A stretch of DNA of 64,000 nucleotides from Planctomycetota bacterium (GTDB lineage: Bacteria; Planctomycetota; UBA1135). Numbering within the stretch: the first letter of the stretch is position 1; each line of letters starts with the position of its first letter. Below, one piece after another: positions 45,385-54,599 of the stretch. Under the pieces are notes generated by a model that had not been told where the DNA came from, ran no database searches, and saw nothing but the letters and a program-made list of their open reading frames with translations. The translations under genes and the position numbers were made by a program. The DNA lies in contig JASMKM010000013.1 in assembly GCA_030749235.1 (NCBI GenBank), positions 41,717 to 105,716 of the forward strand. Reading direction: 5' to 3'.

Positions 45385-47715
45385 TCAATAGAGTTCCACT
45401 TCGGCGAAACCGACACTGGCATTCCGTCCGGGTTGTCCTTGGCTCACGGAGATCACGCGTAGCTTGATCCTCTTGACCGAGATTTCCTCCTCGAATTCCA
45501 TCACAGCCTTCTCCTGGAGATAGGTCGGCATGCGCAGCATCTTCGGCGGAAGGTCATTGATCGTCACCTCGACAATTTGCGGCGCCGGGGACCGATGAAC
45601 ACCACGGAAGTCGAATGGAGCCATCACCAACTTCAACACCGACGCCTTGCGTTTACGTCGGAAGGTAATCTCGGCTTGTGGTTGGCTGTCCTTGGCTTGG
45701 CAGCGCCACGAGGTGGCGTAGAGGCCGTCGGTGAGAAATTGTGCGACGTTCGCTCCAGCATTTGTGGAGACCTCGACACTCGGTGAGCCTGAAGGCACCA
45801 GGTTCCCTTCGCCTTCGGTGACATAGGCCAAACGTTCGGCGGAGATGCCTTCGGTCTGACGGAAGTCGATGATGCCGGATTTGAGCATTCGACCGTTGTT
45901 CAGCTGCGCGTCGGCCCGGATCTTCCAATCGCCACGCTGCGCGAAGTCATGCTGAATCGCGAAGCGGTTCTCGAACATTTCTTCTATCCGTATCCACGGC
46001 GAGTCAGGTGCTTGCAACCAATAGACCACGCGCGCGATCTCGTCAAAGTTTTCGGTCTGGCTGTCAATCCAAAGGGAGTTCGGTTGGTTCAATGACACAC
46101 GAAGCAACAAGGGACCTTCATCGGGCACAGACTGCAGGGAGCGATCATTATGTAGGTTCACGCTGGTCAACGCATGACGCGAGGTTGCTTTACGCAGGAA
46201 CAGCAAGGCGAAGGATTCAATCAACGGTGAGGCATCGTTATCCCAGCAGCCGCTCCCTTTCTGCTCGTCGACGATATGTTCGGCGCCTTCGAGATACCAG
46301 GAGCGACTTCCGAACATGTCGCGGTCGGTCAATCCACCTGCACGTTCGAGTCCGTAAAGGTAGTAGTAACTGGACATGCCTACTGTCATGCCTTCGTGCC
46401 AACCCCAGTTCTGGTCCAACCAGCGGATACCACTCTCGACTGAAGCCTGTGCACGCGTGACCAGCTTGTCCCTTTCGCTACGTTTCAGGTTGGCGATGCA
46501 GATCGCCAAGGTACCGATACCCGCTGCCGTCATCGACGGCGAACCCTTGTCTGAGTGACTCCTGTAGCCGAAGCCATAGGCGGAACGACTGCTTGCCTTG
46601 TTGCCCCCGTCTTCGCGACAGGCAAGGACGGCACGCGTCAAGCTTTCCCAGGTTGATTGTGGCACGTCGATGCCGGCCTTCACCGCGGCACGTAAACCCA
46701 ATGCCGCATATTGGGTATTGGACAGGTCGCCGTCAGTGGCACCAACTCCCAAGCCATAGGTCCACATGCCGTTGCCTGCCTGTCCACGAATCAGACGCCT
46801 GGCGATTTCCTCCATGCGCCCCTGATCTTGCGCATCGCCACCGGCCTCGAAGGCCATCAATTCCAGGGCTGCGGAGTAGGTTCCTTCAGCCCGATTCCGA
46901 TTACGTAACCGCGCCAACCCCTTCAATACCGCTTCACTGCGGATGGACTGCCCACTATGGATCAAGGTGTAGATTGCTAGCGCGTCGGTGCCATTCGGAT
47001 AGCCTCCATAGGGAGGCCAGGAACCATCGATTAACTGCGAATCGAGCAGGTGTTGTACACCGAGGTCGACCGCAAAATTAATGCGCCGCACGTCAATGTG
47101 ACGGCGACTGCGCATCTCGAACTGCCAGCTCTCGGATTCATCGACCACCTCAATCAGGAGGTGATTCAAGCCTGGTTGCAGGTCGAGGGTGAAGGAAGCA
47201 CTTTTGGCATCGAGGTGGTCAAAGGCCTTGCGTCGGAAGATGAAACGGCCGTTCCACCAAAGGCTGAGTCGCCCGGCTGCGCCGAAGGTCACGTCGGTAG
47301 TGGACTCGGCATTGGCATAGACCGGGCGATACAAGTAGGTCGCGCGCTTGCTGCCCGGAAGGCCAGGGATCAAGCTACGGAAGTCGATGATGCCGCTATC
47401 CAGACCGGCCTGTATGCGCGGATTGACGAGGTCCTGATCCTGCGAGATCCGCATGCTTTCCAGGTTGAGCGGCATCCAGTCAAGTTCGCTGCTGTCGGTG
47501 CCGGCGTAACTCTCACGCAAGCCTAGCCAGGGTTGGCCGGCTTCCATGTGCTTGACGTTACCGAGCAAGGCCCTGGCTCCCTTGCTGTTGCGGCTTTGCA
47601 ATGGACCGAGCATCTTCCATGCACCTGGGCGCAGGTGGTCCACAATCTCATCCACGCTCTGTTGCGGCGGCGCCCACGCGGAGCCGGCGAGCAGGAAAAA
47701 TGAAACCAGGAGCAT
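45385..47715 (-). CDS. Secreted multidomain protein A: N-terminal beta-sandwich, prenyltransferase/squalene-cyclase-like alpha/alpha toroid repeats, C-terminal discoidin-like domain
   Basis: Start at ATG 47715 (MLLVSFFLLAGSAWA). Repeats QLIDGSWP, GNGMWTYG, NTQYAALGLRAA and GSGCWDND. The C-terminus ...WRCQAKD...ASVGFAEVELY is paralogous to 51232-53601. Confidence 0.8.
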   Translation of the reverse strand: MLLVSFFLLAGSAWAPPQQSVDEIVDHLRPGAWKMLGPLQSRNSKGARALLGNVKHMEAGQPWLGLRESYAGTDSSELDWMPLNLESMRISQDQDLVNPRIQAGLDSGIIDFRSLIPGLPGSKRATYLYRPVYANAESTTDVTFGAAGRLSLWWNGRFIFRRKAFDHLDAKSASFTLDLQPGLNHLLIEVVDESESWQFEMRSRRHIDVRRINFAVDLGVQHLLDSQLIDGSWPPYGGYPNGTDALAIYTLIHSGQSIRSEAVLKGLARLRNRNRAEGTYSAALELMAFEAGGDAQDQGRMEEIARRLIRGQAGNGMWTYGLGVGATDGDLSNTQYAALGLRAAVKAGIDVPQSTWESLTRAVLACREDGGNKASSRSAYGFGYRSHSDKGSPSMTAAGIGTLAICIANLKRSERDKLVTRAQASVESGIRWLDQNWGWHEGMTVGMSSYYYLYGLERAGGLTDRDMFGSRSWYLEGAEHIVDEQKGSGCWDNDASPLIESFALLFLRKATSRHALTSVNLHNDRSLQSVPDEGPLLLRVSLNQPNSLWIDSQTENFDEIARVVYWLQAPDSPWIRIEEMFENRFAIQHDFAQRGDWKIRADAQLNNGRMLKSGIIDFRQTEGISAERLAYVTEGEGNLVPSGSPSVEVSTNAGANVAQFLTDGLYATSWRCQAKDSQPQAEITFRRKRKASVLKLVMAPFDFRGVHRSPAPQIVEVTINDLPPKMLRMPTYLQEKAVMEFEEEISVKRIKLRVISVSQGQPGRNASVGFAEVELY

Positions 47716-47752
47716 GCTTCCATCTAGGCTAACGTAGCGGCAACGGTAACTT

Positions 47753-50700
47753 GTGAATTCAGTGCGCACCCCCTCCACCCCCTTCCAAAGCACATGGCGC
47801 CTCGTCCTTGGCGTCCTGGTCGTCTTCGGCTGCACTACGACGGCCGTCACCGGCCAATCCAAAGACAAGCAGGAAACGACTCAGGAGCATGTCAGCATCG
47901 AGTACGGGCGCAAGGCGATGGCCGCCGGCGACCACTCCCAGGCCTATGGTCACTTCTTGTTCGGACTGGCGCGCACCACCAGTCCTTTTGAGGTCGTGCA
48001 ACTGCTGCTCGAGAACTCCGCCCTCGCTGCCGATGCCGACGCCAGCGCCTTGTGGGCGCACGATTTCTACGCGCTTGGCGGCGACATCCGCGGTCGCATG
48101 AAGTTGAAGCCAGGCGTTTCGAAGTTATTACCGGAAGACGATGACTTCCCTTCGTCCTTGTCGGTGTCACGCGCCGAGGCCGTGCGTGAGTTGATGAAGT
48201 TCCGCGATGCGCGTGCGCGTAGTAAGCGCATCGGCGATCCTTTGTTGGCGGAGTGGGCGGAAGACCTTGCGCGCCAACTAGCCCTGGAGTCACCAGCCCT
48301 GCAGGCCGAATACGCGACCAAGTTGGATCCCAGCCTTGCGGTGAACCGTAAGGTGCAACGTCAGGTCACGCGTGGTCTAGAGAAGTTGATCCGCAACGGT
48401 TTCGGCGGTGGTGGCAACGATCAGGTAATTCGTGCAGCACGTTGCCTGCGCGGACTTGGCGCGCAGGCCAACTTCAAGGATCTGGAAGGTCCCGAACCAC
48501 CGAACATGAGTGGCGAGCTGTCGACGGCGTCGGCGGCTTTAGCACGTGCACGCCAAGCGATGGCAAACAGCGGCGTGAAGGTGTGGAGCATCGAGGAGCT
48601 GGAGGATCTCGATGAGGACCAACAGCGCGCCTTCACCTTGGAGCATGGTTCCTTCGCCAACCCCGGTGTTGCGCTTTCGCCGAACGGCTGGTACCTGATC
48701 GAAACCAACTGCGGTTACTGGACCTTGCTCGGCGCGGCACAGACCGTCGAGGAACATCACAAACGCCTGGTCAATTGGTACGGAGTGGATCCCTTTATCG
48801 GCATCCAAGGCATCGTGCGTCTGGTCCCGGAATCTTACGGCCTGGAGATGGAGGGTTCGCCTTTCTGGTGGGCTGGTGGTTTCCAAGGCGGCAACGTCAC
48901 CACCCTGAAGTTCACTATCAGCACGATTCCGGCCTTGGGTCGCGGACTGACGCACGAGCTCACGCACCGCTTCGATGGCGGTGCCTTCGGTGGCTTGCCG
49001 GCATGGCTGAGTGAAGGGCGTGCGGTTTGGACTGGCGGCAGCTATGGATCAATCTACGATAAGGATTTCATCGAGGATTACGTCAACTACGGCACGCTGT
49101 TCGGCGTCTACAACGATGGCTATGGCGAGCAGGAGAACCTTGAAGAGCTCATCGACGGCAGCATCGAGGAGTATCGCGATAACTATTCGGCGGGCTACGC
49201 CCTGTTCGTCTTTTTGCGCTCGTGGACTGGTTTCCTCGAGGAACCATACGAGGACGAGAATGGCAAGGAGCATGTCTACCACGACGAAGACAACGCAGTG
49301 CCGATCTTCGCTGAGCAGCTGGAGAAGTTCATGGCCGATCGCAATCGCGCTCGCGGTGGAGCGGTCGCGGGCTTCGCCAAGTACTTCGCCGACGGCAAGG
49401 ATGGTCGCCCAGCGGATATGGAGACCTTCGCGCGCGATTACAAGCGCTTCCTGCGCGGTTTCTATTGGAAGGACTTCGAGCCGTGGGTGGAACTCTATGA
49501 TCCGCGCGCGCCAGCTAGCCCCGACGACAACCGTCGCGTTTACGATGAGCCCACCTTCACTTGGTTGCGCAATCGTGCGGAACCATGGTTCGGCCAGGAT
49601 CAAGCGCGCGTCGCTGCGGAGCTGTTCTCCGAAGTGGGATCGATCGATGATGCCGTCGCCGCCTACCGTTGGTGCTTGGCGGTGGACGAACCTAGTGATG
49701 CCACCTTGGAGCAATTGGTTGCCGACCTGCAAAGCCGGAAGTTGGCGAACGCCGCTTGGGTGATGCAGAAGTGGCAACGCTTCAGTTCGCCCTTGCGTGA
49801 TTATGAAGGCAGCCTGCTCGGCCCCGCACCCTTCTTGGAAAAGCTACCACGTTTGCGTGCCCTGTTGGAAAACCGCGCCGCCGCCGCCAAGGACTATGAG
49901 GGTCGCGGTTGGCATCATGCTGCTGCAGCCATGGCTGCCGACCACGATCTACTCGCTACGGCGGTCGGCGTGGAGTTGTTGGATTATGCGCGCCCCGAAG
50001 GAGAGTTCCTTCATCCTTATACGCGGCCTGGCCGTCACCTCAGTCTTGGCGGTTGGAGTGAGAGTGGCCTGACCGGCCTAGAGGACAACCGCATCGAAGG
50101 CAACTGGTTCGTCGATTACCAAGACGACGTGCACGTCGGCCGCAAGACCGCACGTTCCGGCACCGACACCATGGACCGCGATGCGCGCGGTAGCGATGCC
50201 TTCGTGCATTCGCTTGAATGGCAGGACCCGGGTCGATACCAACTGACCGCTAAGATCGAGCAGACCACCGAGTACTACAGTGCCGGTGTCACCCTCGGTT
50301 GGACGCGCCGCGACCGCAACATTCGCTTCAGCTTCACCGGCGGCGATTACCGTTTCGCCACCAAGCAATCCGAGGAGCGCGAGGATGGCTACGGTTTCGG
50401 TTGGAACCTGAACGGGCTTTACGCGCGACAAGGGGCCAAGAGCGGTAGCGTGGGTTTCGACCGCCGCAAAACCACCTGGGACCTGCGCATGTTGGTCGAT
50501 GGCCCGACGGTGGAGGTCTTCGTCGATGACAAGTACATTGCTTCGTTGACCACCCTCGACGCCCGGCCGATTCAGGGTTACATCGGCTTCTTCACCTCGA
50601 CCGGCACGATGCGCGTGATTCAACCGCAAGTCACCCGCCTGGATCGCGAACTGTTCGGTCCGACTGCGACCAGTTCCGGCCGAGGTCTGCACCCTTCGCG

Positions 50701-51235
50701 CAAGGGTGCCAATCGCATGCGCGATTTCATTGGACGACCTGTCACCGGCCTGCCGCTGGCTGGCGCGGGTACGGCCATCCTGTGGATTCCAGGCGAGAGC
50801 GAGAAGCATCGATTGGAGATGGAGGAGGGCGAATGGCGCGAATCCGTACAGAAGACCGTCTCGACCTTTCTTGCGAGCTGGGTGGTGGAGGATCCGAGCC
50901 AAGGCATCACCGTGGTCCTACCGGAAAGCATGGCCGCCACCGACCGCGCTGCCCTGCGCGACTACTTCGCCGAGACGCCTAAGGACGAGGAGTTCGTCTT
51001 GCCACGCGGCGGGCTTCGTTGGGCGGATCACAGTTCCGATCTCGACATTACCGAACGCGGCATGACAGTCGGCGGTTGGATCCGTCCGTTGCTCGGTTTC
51101 GCCGACCCGGCTGGCATCATGCGTTATCACGCGCGCATGTCGCGTTTACGAGTGTCCTTGCCGAAGGAACTGCGCAACTTGCTGCGCGAATACCAGGATC
51201 ATTCACGTCCTGGCCAGGCTGGGGCTGGCGACTAA
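47753..51235 (+). CDS. Large lipoprotein B with a Peptidase_MA-like (HExxH...E) domain and a C-terminal concanavalin/DUF1080-like domain
   Basis: GTG start gives ...WRLVLGVLVVFGC (lipobox-like). Zinc motif HELTHRF followed by PAWLSEGRAVW. The C-terminal region has beta-sandwich features (WDLRMLVDGPTVEVFVDDKYI, GYIGFFTSTGTMRV). Confidence 0.8.
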   Translation: MNSVRTPSTPFQSTWRLVLGVLVVFGCTTTAVTGQSKDKQETTQEHVSIEYGRKAMAAGDHSQAYGHFLFGLARTTSPFEVVQLLLENSALAADADASALWAHDFYALGGDIRGRMKLKPGVSKLLPEDDDFPSSLSVSRAEAVRELMKFRDARARSKRIGDPLLAEWAEDLARQLALESPALQAEYATKLDPSLAVNRKVQRQVTRGLEKLIRNGFGGGGNDQVIRAARCLRGLGAQANFKDLEGPEPPNMSGELSTASAALARARQAMANSGVKVWSIEELEDLDEDQQRAFTLEHGSFANPGVALSPNGWYLIETNCGYWTLLGAAQTVEEHHKRLVNWYGVDPFIGIQGIVRLVPESYGLEMEGSPFWWAGGFQGGNVTTLKFTISTIPALGRGLTHELTHRFDGGAFGGLPAWLSEGRAVWTGGSYGSIYDKDFIEDYVNYGTLFGVYNDGYGEQENLEELIDGSIEEYRDNYSAGYALFVFLRSWTGFLEEPYEDENGKEHVYHDEDNAVPIFAEQLEKFMADRNRARGGAVAGFAKYFADGKDGRPADMETFARDYKRFLRGFYWKDFEPWVELYDPRAPASPDDNRRVYDEPTFTWLRNRAEPWFGQDQARVAAELFSEVGSIDDAVAAYRWCLAVDEPSDATLEQLVADLQSRKLANAAWVMQKWQRFSSPLRDYEGSLLGPAPFLEKLPRLRALLENRAAAAKDYEGRGWHHAAAAMAADHDLLATAVGVELLDYARPEGEFLHPYTRPGRHLSLGGWSESGLTGLEDNRIEGNWFVDYQDDVHVGRKTARSGTDTMDRDARGSDAFVHSLEWQDPGRYQLTAKIEQTTEYYSAGVTLGWTRRDRNIRFSFTGGDYRFATKQSEEREDGYGFGWNLNGLYARQGAKSGSVGFDRRKTTWDLRMLVDGPTVEVFVDDKYIASLTTLDARPIQGYIGFFTSTGTMRVIQPQVTRLDRELFGPTATSSGRGLHPSRKGANRMRDFIGRPVTGLPLAGAGTAILWIPGESEKHRLEMEEGEWRESVQKTVSTFLASWVVEDPSQGITVVLPESMAATDRAALRDYFAETPKDEEFVLPRGGLRWADHSSDLDITERGMTVGGWIRPLLGFADPAGIMRYHARMSRLRVSLPKELRNLLREYQDHSRPGQAGAGD

Positions 51236-53601
51236 TGCAGCTCAATCTCGCTGAAGCCGACCGAGGCAGCGCCTAGCTTTCCGCCGGTGACCTCGATGAT
51301 TCGCACCTTGAGAAAGTTAACCTTTGTCTTGGGGGGCAGGTCGATCACCGTCTTGTGGAACGGATCAGGATTGATGTCGTAGACCGTCGGCTCCTTGTCG
51401 TTGTTCAACCACAACTCGATCTTGGTTGCGCGTGGATTATTGGTCTGGTCCCAAGCGCACGTCAACGCGTGCGAGAACAGGATGCGGCTGGCCTTGGCGC
51501 GACGCTTCAACTTGATTTCGAGCCACGGGTCAGCATCGCCCGCCTCGCACCGCCAACGCGTTTTCCATTCATTGTCGACCAGGAAGTTGCCACCTTCGCT
51601 GCTCAGGTTGGACGAGATCGAGATCTTCGGACGGTAGGCGGGCAGAATGTTGCGCATCGAATCGCTGGCGTAGGACAAGGTCTTCGGGTCCACGCCGAAC
51701 TTCAACTCAAATCGCACGGTACCCGACTCGTTGGTCGCACCGCCCTCGAAGTGTCCGACGCAGCGCACCTCATATGTCCCGCTCTTGGTGGTGGGGAATT
51801 GCTTGGCGTAGCGGTTCTCGGTAGAAGTGCCGATCGAATCCCATTCCTCGCCGACCTCGCGCACAAAATACTCCACCGCATCCGGCAGCCGGTTCTCGGG
51901 CGGGGTCACCCACATCGTCATCGGGCTCGAAGCCAATACATGCAGCTTTAGCTCGCCATCTTCAGGTAGGGAGAAATGCAGCTCATTTTTCTTCTTGTTG
52001 ACGACGCTACCGCCGGTGGTGGCCCTTGCCGATGCCTTCTTCAGGAATAGTAGGGAGAAACTAGTGGAGGTGCATTTGCGCCCACCCCATGGGTCGACCC
52101 ATTGGCCCTTGTTGCCTTGCTTCGAGATCAATTGCAAAGCACCTTTCTGATACCAATCATGGTCGCCGATGGTGCTGATCTTGAGGTAGCTACCGACGCG
52201 CTCCACTCCGTACAGCCAATAGTAGACCCAGTTGTAACTCTTATTGGGGTTACTCTTGACCACAAACTCGCGCGCCATCCAAGCCATGCCTTGAGAGATA
52301 GCGCGATCGATCCTGATGCGGTACTTCTTCTGGATGTTTTCGCCAAGCTGTTCGCGCGCGACCGCCAAGACGGTTAGGCCGGCGGTGGTCATCGAGCCAG
52401 TAATGCCGGTGCTGTGGCCTTGATAGTACGCGAAACCCGCCGGCACGATGGTTGCGGAGCGCTTGACCTTCTCTTGAGCGAGCATGGCTCCGTCGACTGC
52501 GTCGTACCAAACCTTGGCGGGAATCTCCACACCAGCTTCGGCAGCGGCACGTAACCCCATCACCGCGAACTGGGTGCAAGACATGTCGGCGTGGCCGCCC
52601 GGGTAGGCCCATTGGCCATTGTTCTCTTGCCAGGAGATTAGGTCCTCGGCGCGCTCCTCGATCCATTCCAGGTAGTCGGGATCGTTGAGAGCGGCCAACG
52701 CCATCAACTCGCAAGACGCCGAATAGGTCATGTCGGAAGGCACGCAACTGATGTACTCGAGACCGCGCAGAATCGCTGGATGCTTCGGGGAGATACCCGA
52801 ACTTAGTAAGGCATATAGCGCGAGCGCAGTCGAGCCGTTGCGGTAGCGCCCGCGTTCTTGGCCCCAAGAGCCATCAATCAGCTGCAGGCTAAGCAGATGT
52901 TCGACACCACGGTCGACAGCATTGTTGATCTTGGCTTGTTCGACACCACGTGGTGCCTGCATCTCGAACGCCCATGCGCCGCCCGCATTGGTCACCTTGA
53001 CCAATAAGTGGTTCAGGCCTTCCTGCAGCTTCAAGGTCAGTTGGTCATCGAAAGGGCTAATGCCACGGGCAACCCCCTTGGCGAAGACCTGTTCACCGTT
53101 CAGCCACATCACGCAGCCATCGTCACTGCCGAACATGATCGGCACCTGGAGTTCTTTGGTGGCTGTCAACGGTAAGTAGAGATAAGCCGCTGTCTTGCCT
53201 GTCTTGCCACATAATCCCCACAAGTCGAACTTGCCGCTATCTACGGCGGTCTTGCCGCGCGGGTTTGTGCCTTGAACCTTCTTCCACACCAAGGCGCCGT
53301 CGTCATTTTGAAAGTCACGCTCCAAGCCAGGCCAAGTCTTACCAACCTTCATCTTCTTGATGAAGTCTTCGGGACCATGCTTGCTGCCAATTGCGTGACC
53401 TTCCGGGTGGTCGAAGGCGCCGACCAACATCCAATCACCAGCGGTCACTTCTTCCTGCATCGAAACAGCAGGTGACGCGAACAGCGTAAATGCTGCAGCG
53501 CAGATCAGCAGTGCGAAGACGGGCCGAGGAGGGTGGGGTCTCAGGGGCAAGTCTTTAGAGTAGCAACGAATCCGCGTTTTTTGAGGCATCATTGCAGCCA
53601 T
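51232..53601 (-). CDS. Secreted multidomain protein C, paralog of protein A (beta-sandwich + alpha/alpha toroid repeats + discoidin-like domain)
   Basis: Collinear with A (LNHLLVKV/LNHLLIEV; QLIDGSWG/QLIDGSWP; CTQFAVMGLRAA/NTQYAALGLRAA; ASVGFSEIELH/ASVGFAEVELY). Start probably 53601-53589 (MAAMMPQK). Confidence 0.8.
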   Translation of the reverse strand: MAAMMPQKTRIRCYSKDLPLRPHPPRPVFALLICAAAFTLFASPAVSMQEEVTAGDWMLVGAFDHPEGHAIGSKHGPEDFIKKMKVGKTWPGLERDFQNDDGALVWKKVQGTNPRGKTAVDSGKFDLWGLCGKTGKTAAYLYLPLTATKELQVPIMFGSDDGCVMWLNGEQVFAKGVARGISPFDDQLTLKLQEGLNHLLVKVTNAGGAWAFEMQAPRGVEQAKINNAVDRGVEHLLSLQLIDGSWGQERGRYRNGSTALALYALLSSGISPKHPAILRGLEYISCVPSDMTYSASCELMALAALNDPDYLEWIEERAEDLISWQENNGQWAYPGGHADMSCTQFAVMGLRAAAEAGVEIPAKVWYDAVDGAMLAQEKVKRSATIVPAGFAYYQGHSTGITGSMTTAGLTVLAVAREQLGENIQKKYRIRIDRAISQGMAWMAREFVVKSNPNKSYNWVYYWLYGVERVGSYLKISTIGDHDWYQKGALQLISKQGNKGQWVDPWGGRKCTSTSFSLLFLKKASARATTGGSVVNKKKNELHFSLPEDGELKLHVLASSPMTMWVTPPENRLPDAVEYFVREVGEEWDSIGTSTENRYAKQFPTTKSGTYEVRCVGHFEGGATNESGTVRFELKFGVDPKTLSYASDSMRNILPAYRPKISISSNLSSEGGNFLVDNEWKTRWRCEAGDADPWLEIKLKRRAKASRILFSHALTCAWDQTNNPRATKIELWLNNDKEPTVYDINPDPFHKTVIDLPPKTKVNFLKVRIIEVTGGKLGAASVGFSEIELH

Positions 53602-53783
53602 GCTTCTCACCCAGAACCGATTTCGCCACTGCGCAGGTCGATGACCTGTAGCCATACGCTAGCATCGGAAAGCCATGCACGAGCCTGCAAGACGGCAGCT
53701 GCTTAACCCTGAGTATCGTTGTCGACCGTAATACGCCCACTTTTTTTGAGGGGGCGAAAGGTCAACGACACCAAATGGAAGAC

Positions 53784-54566
53784 CTAGTCGCGACGCATGA
53801 GCAGCATCAGGATGTGCTTGAACATGATGATGAAGTCGATCAGCAGAGTGGCTGCCGCAGCGGCGGCCATATTCTCTGGATAGCGCTTCATGATGTTCTG
53901 CGTGTCGTAGAGGACGAAACCGCCCATCAGCAAGACGAAGGCCACCGAGAACCCCCAGCCGCTGACGATGTTGCCGCCAATACCGAAGAAGCTCAACAAC
54001 ACAATTGCCATCAGGCCAAAGAAGCCCATCCATAGGGCTCCACGTAGCCACAAGAAATCACGTTTGGTGGTGAGCGCGTAGGTGGACAAGCCGCCGAAGA
54101 CGGCCAAGGTCAGCACGAAGGCTTGGGTCACGATGCCGGTGCCGAGCTCCAAAGTTCCGTCATAGAGCACGCCATTTTGCAGCGCGAACATAGCTTGGTC
54201 ATTACCCTGACAAAGAGCGAGATAAACCAGCGGAGCGGTTAGGAAACCTTCTAAGACTCCGAATAAACCCAATCCAAGTAGGCTGATGCCTGTTCCAGCA
54301 TTTGCGGTTAGGCGCAGCAGGAAGAACATGGCGCCCATCAGGAGGATAAACCCGATGAAACCGAAGCTCATCAGGCCAATGGCCTTTTCAAGCAAGGTGG
54401 TGTTAAAGGTCACCAACAAAGTGGTGCCCATCCAAACAGCCATGGCACCACCGAACAAGGTGTATACCTTGCGCAGGAATGCGATGCGGACTTCAGGGGT
54501 GGATTGGATGACGCTTCCAGCGACCACATCGCGGGCGCCTGCAGATCCGGTACGAGTAGTGTTCAT
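53784..54566 (-). CDS. Bax inhibitor-1/YccA family membrane protein
   Basis: Seven hydrophobic segments, FLRKVYTLF near the N-terminus, and VLYDTQNIM plus a charged C-terminus typical of the BI-1 family. Confidence 0.85.
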   Translation of the reverse strand: MNTTRTGSAGARDVVAGSVIQSTPEVRIAFLRKVYTLFGGAMAVWMGTTLLVTFNTTLLEKAIGLMSFGFIGFILLMGAMFFLLRLTANAGTGISLLGLGLFGVLEGFLTAPLVYLALCQGNDQAMFALQNGVLYDGTLELGTGIVTQAFVLTLAVFGGLSTYALTTKRDFLWLRGALWMGFFGLMAIVLLSFFGIGGNIVSGWGFSVAFVLLMGGFVLYDTQNIMKRYPENMAAAAAATLLIDFIIMFKHILMLLMRRD

Positions 54567-54599
54567 GGTGCGTATTCTAGCTTCAGGAATGGGATTCGG

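Noticed and set aside
45385-53601. Alpha-2-macroglobulin-type thioester (CxEQ) in the alpha/alpha-toroid proteins A and C.
   Set aside because: No CGEQ/CxEQ motif is present. The nearest sequence is SCTQF in C, and A has SNTQY at the same position. A covalent trapping mechanism is not supported.
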